64,000 nucleotides of DNA from a virus, in the IMG/VR virus record IMGVR_UViG_3300023179_000093, positions 8,082 through 72,081 of that record; one strand, given 5' to 3'. The notes below the pieces were generated by a model that did no database searches, was not told the DNA's origin, and worked only from the letters and a program-made list of their open reading frames with translations. Position numbers and translations under genes: made by a program. Numbering within the stretch: the first letter of the stretch is position 1; each line of letters begins with the position of its first letter. Positions 17,687-26,688 of this stretch are shown here, piece after piece.

Positions 17687-18004
17687 TTAAACCAAGGATT
17701 CGGTGAAAGTCCCAACCTTCTGCGGTTTGGAAGGGGCTTGGGTCTTCGGAGGAATCGAGATACCGATCCTCACAAAGAACTTACGATCACCAGCAGTGAC
17801 CATTTGACCAGCCTTGGACAAACCAAAGGGGGTCAGATTTGTCCAACCAGTGTCACCAGTTGAACTATGACTCCGAAGGTAATCACCACTGAAGACAAAG
17901 GCCACATAGTCTTTGTCGCCTTCCTTAAAGGCAACTGCTCCCCAATTTCCAGCCAGTGATTTAATCAGATTACTAATTGCTTTCATATACTTATACACCT
18001 CCAT
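17687..18004 (-). CDS. Hypothetical protein
   Basis: True start probably MKAISN after GGAGG. Confidence 0.55.
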   Translation of the reverse strand: MEVYKYMKAISNLIKSLAGNWGAVAFKEGDKDYVAFVFSGDYLRSHSSTGDTGWTNLTPFGLSKAGQMVTAGDRKFFVRIGISIPPKTQAPSKPQKVGTFTESLV

Positions 18005-18092
18005 ATTTAAGGGTTAATTTTATTGGCAACCGATCTTCGGTGGCCAACACCTCGACGGCGACCGACCGAAAAAACCCGACCGACCCCCACCG

Positions 18093-18115
18093 CAAAAACC
18101 CCGAAGGGGTTTTTG
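18093..18115. terminator. Bidirectional terminator-like hairpin
   Basis: CAAAAACCCC-GAA-GGGGTTTTTG perfect stem. Confidence 0.55.
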
Positions 18116-18241
18116 AACCCTGGTAATAACAATAGATATAAGAATTACCTACCACCCTCCCCAGTATATACCCCCCTTTTTATATAGGAGGTTTCGCGGG
18201 GGGTGATGTAAAAAATTTAATTTTGTTTTTCCCGACCCGAC

Positions 18242-18268
18242 TAGACAAAGCGATCGGGTTGATACAAT
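18242..18268 (+). promoter_or_regulatory. Promoter TAGACA-N15-TACAAT
   Basis: Extended -10 (TGA TACAAT); ATG 6 nt downstream. Confidence 0.55.
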
Positions 18269-18274
18269 CGAAGT

Positions 18275-18532
18275 ATGCCGCTGGGAAAAGCAAACATGCC
18301 TTGCAACAAGCCGCGTAAAAGCACACGGCCCGGTAAGAAGATGATGGTCAAAGCCTGCGAAGGCGGGAAAGAGAAGCTCGTGCATTTCGGGGATAGTTCG
18401 ATGAAGGACTATCGCCAGCATCGAAGCGAAAAGCGTCGCAAAAGCTATTGCGCCAGGAGCGGAGGAATCAAGGGTGGCAATGGAAAGCTCTCCGCAAATT
18501 ACTGGGCACGGAAAGTTCTTTGGAGCTGCTGA
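18275..18532 (+). CDS. Small very basic protein ('HFGD...RRKSY.AR...SANYW....LW' viral family)
   Basis: Recognisable motif set; Lys/Arg-rich. Confidence 0.7.
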   Translation: MPLGKANMPCNKPRKSTRPGKKMMVKACEGGKEKLVHFGDSSMKDYRQHRSEKRRKSYCARSGGIKGGNGKLSANYWARKVLWSC

Positions 18533-18678
18533 TGAAAGCTTTTTGGGACAAGGAAAATCCCTCTCGTAAAAGCAAGAAGCTGTCCCCAAGAGATGTGGCT
18601 TGGGCTAGGGCACGAGCCAAAAAGGCTGGCCGCAAATACCCAAACCTCATCGACAACGCTGCGGCGGCTAGGAGATAA
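18532..18678 (+). CDS. 48-aa basic protein (MKAFWDK...YPNLIDN)
   Basis: TGATG-coupled start. Confidence 0.6.
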   Translation: MKAFWDKENPSRKSKKLSPRDVAWARARAKKAGRKYPNLIDNAAAARR

Positions 18679-18683
18679 CCGAT

Positions 18684-18932
18684 ATGCCTCTCGGAAGAAA
18701 TTATGCTCGTGAGTACGCCAAGTACCACAGTTCAGCCAGGGCAAAAAAAGATAGGGCGGCAAGAAACAACGCCCGTAGAAAGGCCATCCGTGCTGGGCTG
18801 GTGCGAAAGGGGGACAAGCGAGACATCGACCACAAGGACGGAAACCCACAAAACAATCGCCCCAGCAATCTTCGAGTTATGGCTCGAGGGTTGAATCGTG
18901 GTCGAAACAACAATACCTGGAGACGAGGTTGA
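18684..18932 (+). CDS. Small HNH endonuclease
   Basis: 'DIDHKDGNPQNN.PSNLRV....NR' HNH motif. Confidence 0.8.
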   Translation: MPLGRNYAREYAKYHSSARAKKDRAARNNARRKAIRAGLVRKGDKRDIDHKDGNPQNNRPSNLRVMARGLNRGRNNNTWRRG

Positions 18933-19081
18933 AAGACATCGACGAGGCAGATCCCGGGGAAGTCGTTGCCATTTTAAAGTGGATGGCCGACGAGGGGTTG
19001 GTTGAGTTTGTGTGCGACGAAGAGGGTGATCTGATTGTTCGTGTGACCGAAGAAGGAAAACATTTCGAGTTCGATCGGTAA
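18929..19081 (+). CDS. 50-aa acidic winged-helix-like fragment
   Basis: Translated by hand: 'L..M.DEGLVE...D..G.....TEEG'. Confidence 0.45.
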   Translation: MKDIDEADPGEVVAILKWMADEGLVEFVCDEEGDLIVRVTEEGKHFEFDR

Positions 19082-19133
19082 AAAAGTTGGGTTAGGGGAG
19101 TTGACTCCCAAAAATAAATTTCAAGATGAGGTG

Positions 19134-19241
19134 ATGGACAAACACCAAAAGAAACTTGAAGAACAACTCCTCATCGAAAGTTTGATCGAAAATTACGAAG
19201 CCCAACCACAAGGATGGTGTGACGAGGTTGACGAGATATGA
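19134..19241 (+). CDS. 35-aa acidic peptide
   Basis: ATG 6 nt after TTGACT-N15-CAAGAT. Confidence 0.35.
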   Translation: MDKHQKKLEEQLLIESLIENYEAQPQGWCDEVDEI

Positions 19242-19414
19242 TTGGGGAGTCGGCAATCTGCGACGCTATATCGTCGCTAGGATCAACCCTAGCTCTAGTT
19301 TCCGCCACCCTAATCGCAATGGCCATAGCTGGTGCATTTGGAGATCTTTCAGCAAAGGTTAAAAAGATATGTCCCAAAAGGGATAAAAAGAAGAAAAAGC
19401 GTACAAGTCGTTGA
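19238..19414 (+). CDS. 58-aa membrane peptide with basic tail
   Basis: Translated by hand; one TM segment, then a KKKKKR tail. Confidence 0.45.
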   Translation: MIGESAICDAISSLGSTLALVSATLIAMAIAGAFGDLSAKVKKICPKRDKKKKKRTSR

Positions 19415-19426
19415 TAGACAAACACC

Positions 19427-19701
19427 AAGTGGGTTAAACCCTATTTTTTCAAACCCACTTGAAAACCCACTACAGCTAAGTCTTTGATTATCAATATTCA
19501 AGTGGATTAAGTGGATTTAAGTGGATTATTTTTAAGTAGAGTGTTTTATAAATATTCTGGATTTCGCCCCATTTTGCAAATTGCGCAGGAATACGACCTA
19601 AAAAATAACCCACTTAATCCACTTAACCCACTTGGGTTCTGATGGACAAGGGTTTAGGTAAGTGGGTTTTGCCGTCCAAGTGGGTTTTCCCTAACCCACT
19701 T
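19427..19701. repeat. Iteron-like 9-mer array (AAGTGGRTT x12); putative replication origin
   Basis: Copies in both orientations around an AT-rich spacer; IHF-consensus site at 19477-19489. Confidence 0.75.
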
Positions 19702-19707
19702 ATTGCC

Positions 19708-20223
19708 CTACGGAGCGTAATTGACCTGGACTCGAGCCATCTGCAACTGCAAAGCGTCAGTTGTGATATCTTTTTGAAGCCCAATCGTAATGTAAAAAGT
19801 TTGAGTTGTATCAATCCCTAAATTTTCAAAATCAAAAGTAGATGTTGCGGCGCTTACTCCTGCCGAAGCCGATGGGTGCGAGATTTGGGAAGATTCTGAG
19901 TTTTTGTTAAAGAGCCCAAAACCACGCATTCCCACAATAGCCGTAGACGATTGAGCCCCAATATTTAGGTTAACAAATCGAGTTCCGCCAACTCCGGCTG
20001 TAGCCCCAGTGTTAGCCGATGAGATAAAAGCCCTAATTCTTTTACCATTTGCGTTTGCAGTGCACGAAGCAAAAAGTAAGCCCTCCAAAGACCCATTTTT
20101 CCCCATGCTTCCACCTGGAATTGTAAATGTTGTTTGAGCAACATCTGCGGTGGTTGCTGGCGTAGCCGCGAAAGAATACTCCGCAAAAACCAGCGGAGAA
20201 CGGATTGGCTGGATTAACCCCAT
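19708..20223 (-). CDS. Beta-rich structural-like protein
   Basis: Ser/Thr/Ala/Gly-rich; resembles fibre-tip or decoration domains. Confidence 0.55.
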   Translation of the reverse strand: MGLIQPIRSPLVFAEYSFAATPATTADVAQTTFTIPGGSMGKNGSLEGLLFASCTANANGKRIRAFISSANTGATAGVGGTRFVNLNIGAQSSTAIVGMRGFGLFNKNSESSQISHPSASAGVSAATSTFDFENLGIDTTQTFYITIGLQKDITTDALQLQMARVQVNYAP

Positions 20224-20226
20224 AAA

Positions 20227-20937
20227 CTATGCACTTAGGGCAAAGTACTTTTTGCTGATTCCGGAACAAATCACATTGACCTGATCTGTTGGGACAAACC
20301 CAGACTCAAATACGATTGACCCACCATTCCTAGAAATCAAAAGATTGTCGGTTGTCGCTGCCGCCCCAAAGTTCAGATACATATCTGTGTCCGAAATATT
20401 TTGGAAAAGAAGGTATCGTCGGTTGGCGTCTGAAGCCAAAACTTGAGCGCTTGAGTTTGCAGTCGATGAAGTTGTACTTGCGGTACGAGTAACGGTGGAG
20501 TTGCGAGGACGAGTATTTACATTCGTAACCCCAGAAGTGTCTACGGACAAAGGCCTTAAGCTAGTTCCGTCAGTCCCACCATATAAATTGGCAATGGTCG
20601 GAGCAGTTGCCCCAGTGGTTCCAGCTGAAGATAGCGTTACATCAAGTCTTCGCTTAGACCCATCAATCGTTGAAGTAATGCTATTCCCGGAACCATCCCG
20701 CAAATTTGACTCTGTAGGGATCCGTCCGCTGGAGAGAGAAGGAAGTTTGCCATTAACAGACGACAAAGTTGTTTCAGTTGAAAAGCCACTGATACTTAGG
20801 CTTGCGCTGGACTCCACCGGAATTTTGCCACCCACCAAAGCTGGCAAGCGTTCTGAAAGAATCTTGTTAATCTTGACCGCTGTGATCGCCTGGTCGTCGT
20901 GACCCTCGGGTGACAAATTTGTAGGAATAGCTGGCAT
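20227..20937 (-). CDS. Structural-like protein with C-terminal jelly-roll-like domain
   Basis: Repeated 'LP.L..G.IP' and C-terminal 'NRRYL.FQN.S...MY.NFG..A'. Confidence 0.6.
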   Translation of the reverse strand: MPAIPTNLSPEGHDDQAITAVKINKILSERLPALVGGKIPVESSASLSISGFSTETTLSSVNGKLPSLSSGRIPTESNLRDGSGNSITSTIDGSKRRLDVTLSSAGTTGATAPTIANLYGGTDGTSLRPLSVDTSGVTNVNTRPRNSTVTRTASTTSSTANSSAQVLASDANRRYLLFQNISDTDMYLNFGAAATTDNLLISRNGGSIVFESGFVPTDQVNVICSGISKKYFALSA

Positions 20938-20946
20938 ATAACCTCA

Positions 20947-20973
20947 ATTGTAAGTCGAAAAATTAACTGTCAA
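20947..20973 (-). promoter_or_regulatory. Promoter TTGACA-N15-TACAAT
   Basis: Near-consensus hexamers; ATG 9 nt downstream. Confidence 0.6.
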
Positions 20974-20992
20974 TAGGGTTTACAAATTAAAG

Positions 20993-23119
20993 TCATAGTT
21001 TGATTTTCCACACGGTGTATCCGTCGTGGGTTTTTCTCTCCACCATCTCTCCAGTCACGGCAAGGCTGGCCAACATACGACCTAGAGCTCGGCTGTTGCT
21101 GACAAACATCTTCACGCTACCTGACAGCGAGGCGTCGTTTTGTATGGCTAGGAGAAGCTCGGTAGCCGTGCCTTTCCATTCGGTTTCCCCAGGGTGATCG
21201 GAGCGGTAGTTCTTGAGGAACAACTCCAGAAACTCTTGGAACCCGTGGACGCTGGAGGATGCACGGCTCTCGGCTAGCAGCATGGGGTGGTGGTAGGACT
21301 TCACGCCGTACCGCTTGGAGCCAACGACCTCTGCCGGTATTTCCCAGTCCCGTAGCCAAGCGGCGAAGTGAGGTAACTCCTCCGACAACATCCGTTCGGT
21401 GTCCAGATGACCCATCGTCTCAAACAGCTTGTGCGACTTGAATTTGAAGAGGCTGATCTTGTCGAGGATGGAACCATCGGTGTGGGGGATCGCCTGGATG
21501 GATTCTGGATCGTCATTGAGCGTGTCGATGATTCTCCCCCGCCAATCCACGGTCTGAGCGTCGTGGAACTTGCGATGGTAGGAATGCTTGGTGTTGGCCA
21601 CCCCACGCTTGATCATGCGGCTGAACCTTCGGTGAGCCTCGGAAGAATCCGCACTGGAGGAGTCGTCGACATTCCAGACGGAGACCTCGAACAACTCGTT
21701 GTTGAAGTCACGACCTTTGACCAGGAAGTCGGAGGCGTCGGCTCCTCCACCCATCAGCTTGGCCACGATCTCGGTGCCAAAGAAGGTTTTGCCCTGACCC
21801 ACCGGACCGGCAATGAAGACGGCCTGCCCTGGGACAAGTTTCCCCTCGAGTGCCGAGACATAGAATCTCTTAAGCCACGCCATTAAGTAGGGGAGGGATT
21901 CGACTGGATCGATGGCGGAATCCAAAAACTCGGCGATCCAAGGAAATCCCTGCCCCCATTCGTGATGCCCCTCGGCAGGCTGAAGAACCCGTGCCTTGGA
22001 GACATTGAGCATCCGTTTTCCGTTCTGCACCACGACTTCTCTGTGGTCGAAGAGGCAGGGGACGGCACCATGAACGACCCGAGCTTCCCGAATACGGCGA
22101 AGAGCCTCGTCGGCCTGGGAGAGGGAGCCTCGGGCGTCGGGAGCCGAGCTAAGCCCGAAAGTCCCGACGATATCCTGTCTGGCATCATCCTTGTTGGCGG
22201 GTCTCCAAAATCCCTCCATATCTTTCTTCCAATAGAACTTTCCGTCGTGCCAATAGCTTTGCATTGGGCCACCGAAGCGATCCTCCACAAACTCCTGCAC
22301 CCACGCCGCACCGAACAAGTCCGCCCAAGACATAAACCCTTTGTTGGCGCGGGTAGAGTAGGAGATCATGCCGGTTTTGGTTACCTGGGCTCCCGTCCTG
22401 TCGATGTTGTCGTCGATCCAGAACAAGGGTCCACGAACTCCCTCCTCGAAAGGTCCGACCCAGCGGCCTGGGTAAAGTTCCTGCACCTTGGCGTAGACCC
22501 GATCCAAGGGGATCTGGACCCTTCCTTCCCCACGATACTTCTTGGCTTTCTCGACGGCCTCGGAAAGAACGCTGTGGACGGCCTCGGTACGGATGGGTTG
22601 GTCGGAAAACTTCAAGGCTCCGGGGAACCAAGCGTAGTACTGGTCGGGTTTGTAAACGGCCTCGTCGAGGCGGGGAAAGAGGCTCTTGGCCTTTGTCTCG
22701 TTGACCAAAAGATGCAGAAACTCTTTCAACACTCCCGGCAACACATGGATTGGCTCCTCGAACATCCACACCACCCGAGCCCCCGAACTGAAAGTCTTGT
22801 GAGCGTACATCGGCTTGAAACCCGGCTTGGTCTCCCGGCTCAGACCCTCAACCAACTGCTCGTCGGTGAGGGGAGTGTCGTAATCGGCGATGAGGCCGTG
22901 CATCTTGAACGGCTCGTTGGATTTGCTGACCCGCACATGAGGGTTGAGACCCTCAAACCCAGAGACAAATAGGCCATCGGTCGTGTCGGCTTGGCACCAC
23001 TTGCGGAACTCCTCCTTCTCCTTGAACTTGGGCAGGGTGACGGGAGCCACCTCCCACGGCTTTACGGGTTCGGCAGTTCGGGAGGTGAGGTTGGGGATTC
23101 TAAATAGAGTTGTCTTCAC
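20993..23119 (-). CDS. Primase-SF3 helicase fusion
   Basis: N-terminal 'ADYD' and 'TFSSG' AEP-like motifs; Walker A GPVGQGKT; 'FN.EL', Walker B 'VDD'. Confidence 0.8.
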   Translation of the reverse strand: MKTTLFRIPNLTSRTAEPVKPWEVAPVTLPKFKEKEEFRKWCQADTTDGLFVSGFEGLNPHVRVSKSNEPFKMHGLIADYDTPLTDEQLVEGLSRETKPGFKPMYAHKTFSSGARVVWMFEEPIHVLPGVLKEFLHLLVNETKAKSLFPRLDEAVYKPDQYYAWFPGALKFSDQPIRTEAVHSVLSEAVEKAKKYRGEGRVQIPLDRVYAKVQELYPGRWVGPFEEGVRGPLFWIDDNIDRTGAQVTKTGMISYSTRANKGFMSWADLFGAAWVQEFVEDRFGGPMQSYWHDGKFYWKKDMEGFWRPANKDDARQDIVGTFGLSSAPDARGSLSQADEALRRIREARVVHGAVPCLFDHREVVVQNGKRMLNVSKARVLQPAEGHHEWGQGFPWIAEFLDSAIDPVESLPYLMAWLKRFYVSALEGKLVPGQAVFIAGPVGQGKTFFGTEIVAKLMGGGADASDFLVKGRDFNNELFEVSVWNVDDSSSADSSEAHRRFSRMIKRGVANTKHSYHRKFHDAQTVDWRGRIIDTLNDDPESIQAIPHTDGSILDKISLFKFKSHKLFETMGHLDTERMLSEELPHFAAWLRDWEIPAEVVGSKRYGVKSYHHPMLLAESRASSSVHGFQEFLELFLKNYRSDHPGETEWKGTATELLLAIQNDASLSGSVKMFVSNSRALGRMLASLAVTGEMVERKTHDGYTVWKIKL

Positions 23120-23340
23120 ATTGTCCTTTCCGGCGGTTCAGGCCGTTTAATTCCAAACATCAAATTCTCTGTCCCTCGGATCTCGCTCATATCCACGCAG
23201 ATGTGTTTGCCCGTGTCGTTAAGCTCGACCAAATAGACCGGGTTGTCGGACTTCCCATAGTCGATGACGGCAATCCACAAACCTTCCCCCTTGGGTGTTT
23301 GCACCCATCGCTCGTTAGGCAGGAAGGTCCACTGGCTCAT
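23116..23340 (-). CDS. Small hypothetical protein
   Basis: 'V.TP.G.G....IDYG' motif. Confidence 0.6.
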   Translation of the reverse strand: MSQWTFLPNERWVQTPKGEGLWIAVIDYGKSDNPVYLVELNDTGKHICVDMSEIRGTENLMFGIKRPEPPERTM

Positions 23341-23603
23341 TTTCCAGCTTTCCTATGGAGTTCTTCCCGGAGTCTGTCGGTTGTCTCAGTGCCGGGGCTT
23401 ACTTCCTCTGGCTCCTTGTATTCAATCTCCCCGTCGATGTTGTAGCCGCACCCTTGAAGGAATGGCTTGAGTTGCGATATGATTGTGTCGACATCCTCTG
23501 CCACAAACTCAAGAGTTGTTTTGGTTGGAATCTCAAACGAGCCCCGGGTATGATAAGTTTCGCACGGAGGTTTGACGGATTCTCCGATGAATGTGAATTT
23601 CAT
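23337..23603 (-). CDS. Hypothetical protein
   Basis: 'T.EF.A.......F L.GCGY' motif. Confidence 0.6.
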   Translation of the reverse strand: MKFTFIGESVKPPCETYHTRGSFEIPTKTTLEFVAEDVDTIISQLKPFLQGCGYNIDGEIEYKEPEEVSPGTETTDRLREELHRKAGK

Positions 23604-23606
23604 TTC

Positions 23607-23801
23607 TTACCTCTTTTCGCCCTTAGCTTTTTTGGTTTTGTTCGACTTGCGTCGCAGGCCATACAAAGAAGTGATTCTTCGACAAACCTCTTTCCACATT
23701 TCAGACACTTTCTCCATTTTGGTTCTTTCATTCGGATTCCTTCCATAGGGTGCGGTTTTCCACTTTCCAAAAACCGGGTTGAAGTGAGGTTTGTATTTCA
23801 T
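23607..23801 (-). CDS. Small basic protein
   Basis: Coupled to the polymerase stop. Confidence 0.45.
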   Translation of the reverse strand: MKYKPHFNPVFGKWKTAPYGRNPNERTKMEKVSEMWKEVCRRITSLYGLRRKSNKTKKAKGEKR

Positions 23802-25555
23802 TTTTTGTAACACTCCGCTTCGTGGGACTCGGCCTCGATTGGGCAGCCTTCCAGCCAGTCGGGTGTCACGGCCATGAGTCGGTTCACATCTTCGCAGGTC
23901 ACATCCTGGTCAACTTCTAGGATCACCTCGTCGTGGACATGAGCCAGAATGGAAAGGCCAGCGTCTTCCAGCCTTAAGAGGCACTCTCCAAAGACATCCC
24001 TAGCGGTGGCTTGGACAAGGTTCTCGCAGAGCTTCCCACCCCAGAAGGGGAACTTGGGTCCGCCCATGTTGACCGAGGCTCTCCAATCTGGGCGACCATG
24101 CGGTCCCATCTGACTGGTGACGCCAAAGTATTTCTGGGAACGGCCAGAAGGCAGTTCGATGTGGCAGTCCTCGCTTTGTGACTCTTTGAGCGTTCTTTCT
24201 AGGCGGTTCCAAAGGGCTACCACTTTGGTGTTCTTCCTTCGGTACCGATCGACAATCTCCTTTGATCTTGATTCATCCAAGTCAAGACCAGCCATCATTT
24301 TAGCCACCAAAACGAACTTCTTGTACCCGCACCCATAGCCCAGACCCAAGACCTGTGCCTTGGCCAGAGCGTACTTGGCCGGGTCACCCTTTTTCAGCGT
24401 CCCCTTGTTTCCATTCCAGATCCCCGAGGCAACGGCAAAGGCCTCGTAGATGCCGTAGCCATGACGCATGGCGTTAAGGAGTTCCTCGTCTCCGCACAGC
24501 CAAGCCAAAACTCTCGGCTCAATCTGAGCCAGATCGGAGATGATGAATTTCTTCCCTTCTCTTGGGACGATGCAGGCTCGTAGGTCGACCCCGTGAATCT
24601 CGCCCTTAGGCAGGTTCTGGAAGTTAAACTTGGATTCCCCCGACCAGCGTCCGGTCTGAGCACCAAAGTACTTTAACCCAAAAGGAACAGAACCATCAGG
24701 CCGTCTCCGTTTCCATAGGATCTCCAACTTAGTGAAGAGCATGTTGGCCTTTCGCCAATCCCGCATCGCCGCCACCCAAGGAAATTTCTCACCAAACTCT
24801 TCCTCCCAACGGATGCAGGCCGGGTCATCTTCCGAGGTTGAGGGAGGGACTGGAATTCCAGCTTCTCGGCAGGCTCTGGCTAGTTCGGATACCTTAAGAA
24901 CATCCCCAGTGTGGTCGTCATTTGCCCAGGGCAACTTTTCGTTGGCTTTGATACGAATCCAATCAAGGACATTGAGACCCTTGTCCACCAAAGGGGAATC
25001 AACGGCAAACCCTCTCCACCCCATCTCAATCGTCTGCCGAGATAGGCGTTGCTCGTTTTCGGGCATGCGACCAAGGAAAGTCTTCGCAAGGTCGAGGCAG
25101 TGTTTGGAATCGTTAAGGGCGTACTCTTCAATCTCCTTGGCCTTGCCTAGGGCAACCACATCGTTCCAAGTCTTGCCCTTCATAAACGCACGAGGATCCT
25201 TGTCGACGGCAACACCTAGGAGCTCTTTGGACGCCCCGCCAAGATTCCTCGGAGCACCCATAAAGACGGACAAGTTAGCCGTGCAAGTGAAGGTGCTAGG
25301 AAGGGCCTTCGTAATCCCACGCTCCCGCAGCACCTGCATGACGGCTCCGTCAAAGCTGTAGTTGTGGGCAACCCAATGCTTCCCATCGATTTTGTCCCAG
25401 GGAGCTTTTTCGGGTCGGCCTACATACTCCAGACCTGGCCCCACAATGGAGACCAAATAAACATCGGTTGAGGGGTGGCGTAAGTAATGCCACTGCCCCA
25501 AAGCATCAATGTTGACGTCTGAAGAGTACGTCGTCTCGAAATCGACGGCGTACAT
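23798..25555 (-). CDS. polA: Family A DNA polymerase with 3'-5' exonuclease
   Basis: ExoI DFET, 'TGRWS', 'NFQNLP', motif A 'DLAQIEPR', motif B 'K...LGLGYG', motif C 'VHDE'. Confidence 0.95.
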   Translation of the reverse strand: MYAVDFETTYSSDVNIDALGQWHYLRHPSTDVYLVSIVGPGLEYVGRPEKAPWDKIDGKHWVAHNYSFDGAVMQVLRERGITKALPSTFTCTANLSVFMGAPRNLGGASKELLGVAVDKDPRAFMKGKTWNDVVALGKAKEIEEYALNDSKHCLDLAKTFLGRMPENEQRLSRQTIEMGWRGFAVDSPLVDKGLNVLDWIRIKANEKLPWANDDHTGDVLKVSELARACREAGIPVPPSTSEDDPACIRWEEEFGEKFPWVAAMRDWRKANMLFTKLEILWKRRRPDGSVPFGLKYFGAQTGRWSGESKFNFQNLPKGEIHGVDLRACIVPREGKKFIISDLAQIEPRVLAWLCGDEELLNAMRHGYGIYEAFAVASGIWNGNKGTLKKGDPAKYALAKAQVLGLGYGCGYKKFVLVAKMMAGLDLDESRSKEIVDRYRRKNTKVVALWNRLERTLKESQSEDCHIELPSGRSQKYFGVTSQMGPHGRPDWRASVNMGGPKFPFWGGKLCENLVQATARDVFGECLLRLEDAGLSILAHVHDEVILEVDQDVTCEDVNRLMAVTPDWLEGCPIEAESHEAECYKK

Positions 25556-25761
25556 TATGGAACGATAATTCTGGAAGGTTCCTCTGAAGGGTTCTCAACC
25601 TCCTGCGTCAAGATCTCAAGAAGGTTAGCCACCCTCTGATAAATCTTTTGCGCTGCCGCCAACTCTAGGTCGGTTGCTGAAAAACGATCCAAATGGATCT
25701 CAAAATTTAGTTTTGAGTTTTCCTTGTCCTCGGTTGATCTGACTCTTACATCTACGCTCAT
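25555..25761 (-). CDS. Hypothetical protein
   Basis: Operon packing. Confidence 0.55.
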   Translation of the reverse strand: MSVDVRVRSTEDKENSKLNFEIHLDRFSATDLELAAAQKIYQRVANLLEILTQEVENPSEEPSRIIVP

Positions 25762-25961
25762 TCGCTGTTTCCTTTCGTTTTGTGCCAGGATCCAATTATT
25801 TCCACCGGCTCCTTGAGGGGAGGGAAGTCGTAACGAATCTGGTCTTCCAGTTCCTTAATCCGCTGTTTAAGCCCAAAGTTCTCAGCCTCAATCGTCTCAA
25901 TAGCCTTTTCCAGCTTGGCCAGACGAATGTCTTCCTTTGTTATTTCGGGTTGGCTGGTCAT
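25758..25961 (-). CDS. Small coiled-coil protein
   Basis: ATGA coupling. Confidence 0.5.
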   Translation of the reverse strand: MTSQPEITKEDIRLAKLEKAIETIEAENFGLKQRIKELEDQIRYDFPPLKEPVEIIGSWHKTKGNSE

Positions 25962-26077
25962 CGCTCTTTCCTCCACTTGTCAAAAGCCCAAGCGCAGAAG
26001 CAACAGACGAACACGATGGCTATGGTTGAAACGACAACACCCACGGAAAAAAAGATATACTTTAGGGCTTCAATCAT
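25958..26077 (-). CDS. 39-aa membrane peptide
   Basis: MIEALKYIFF... single TM; ATGA coupling. Confidence 0.45.
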   Translation of the reverse strand: MIEALKYIFFSVGVVVSTIAIVFVCCFCAWAFDKWRKER

Positions 26078-26301
26078 TTTTTCCGCCCTCGTTTTTTCCC
26101 GACAAACACTTCCTCGGCCTTCCGAAAAGGCCAAAGCTTGTTTGCGATTTTCAGATGTTTCGGCCAAGTGTAGGAGACATAGGATGTCTTTCCCGAGTTG
26201 GTCGTGTACGAGGTTGTGTGAAACACCGAGCGGTGTCTGATCCAAACGTAGGTGTAATGGCCTATCCATCCTAGGATTAGGCCGATAACAAAGAGTTGCA
26301 T
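26074..26301 (-). CDS. Membrane-anchored basic protein
   Basis: N-terminal TM; GGAGG SD. Confidence 0.5.
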   Translation of the reverse strand: MQLFVIGLILGWIGHYTYVWIRHRSVFHTTSYTTNSGKTSYVSYTWPKHLKIANKLWPFRKAEEVFVGKKRGRKK

Positions 26302-26672
26302 CGGTCTCCCTCCTTTAATTGTTGATTGATCCTCTCTTTTAAATTTCGGTTCTCTCTGCGAAGGTCTGCGTTCTGTTGCTCCAGTTCCGCCAAAAAGGTC
26401 AAATGCTCCTGGCAGAGGTGCATGAGTCCGTCCGAAACCTTATTGGCTTCCTCGGCGTGTTTTCGAACACGACCAAGTTCGTCCGTCAACCCGTGGTAGA
26501 AGTCCCGTAGCCGATTGATTTCTCGATCGCTCACAGGACATCCTCCTTGACCATCCACGCCATCACCCGATCCACCGTTTCTTCCTTGGTTGAAAAAACC
26601 ATAGTAACGACGGATCCAGTCGTCGGATCGGTTGAGAAGGTGAGGTGGGGAAACCACCTGTTGGCTAGCCAT
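26277..26672 (-). CDS. Coiled-coil protein
   Basis: Heptad-rich C-terminal half. Confidence 0.55.
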   Translation of the reverse strand: MASQQVVSPPHLLNRSDDWIRRYYGFFNQGRNGGSGDGVDGQGGCPVSDREINRLRDFYHGLTDELGRVRKHAEEANKVSDGLMHLCQEHLTFLAELEQQNADLRRENRNLKERINQQLKEGDRCNSLLSA

Positions 26673-26688
26673 ACGAATAGCCTCATCC

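Noticed and set aside
17632-17690. tRNA (minus strand has GGTTCAATCC, T-loop-like)
   Set aside because: Only one hairpin plus a U-tract, with no cloverleaf; better explained as a terminator.
19427-19701. CRISPR array
   Set aside because: Repeats are 9 bp, in both orientations, without regular unique spacers. The Cas4-like gene is a standard phage replication nuclease.
21407-22972. Long antisense ORFs opposite the primase
   Set aside because: Shadow frames expected from GC3-biased codons; no motifs or SD.
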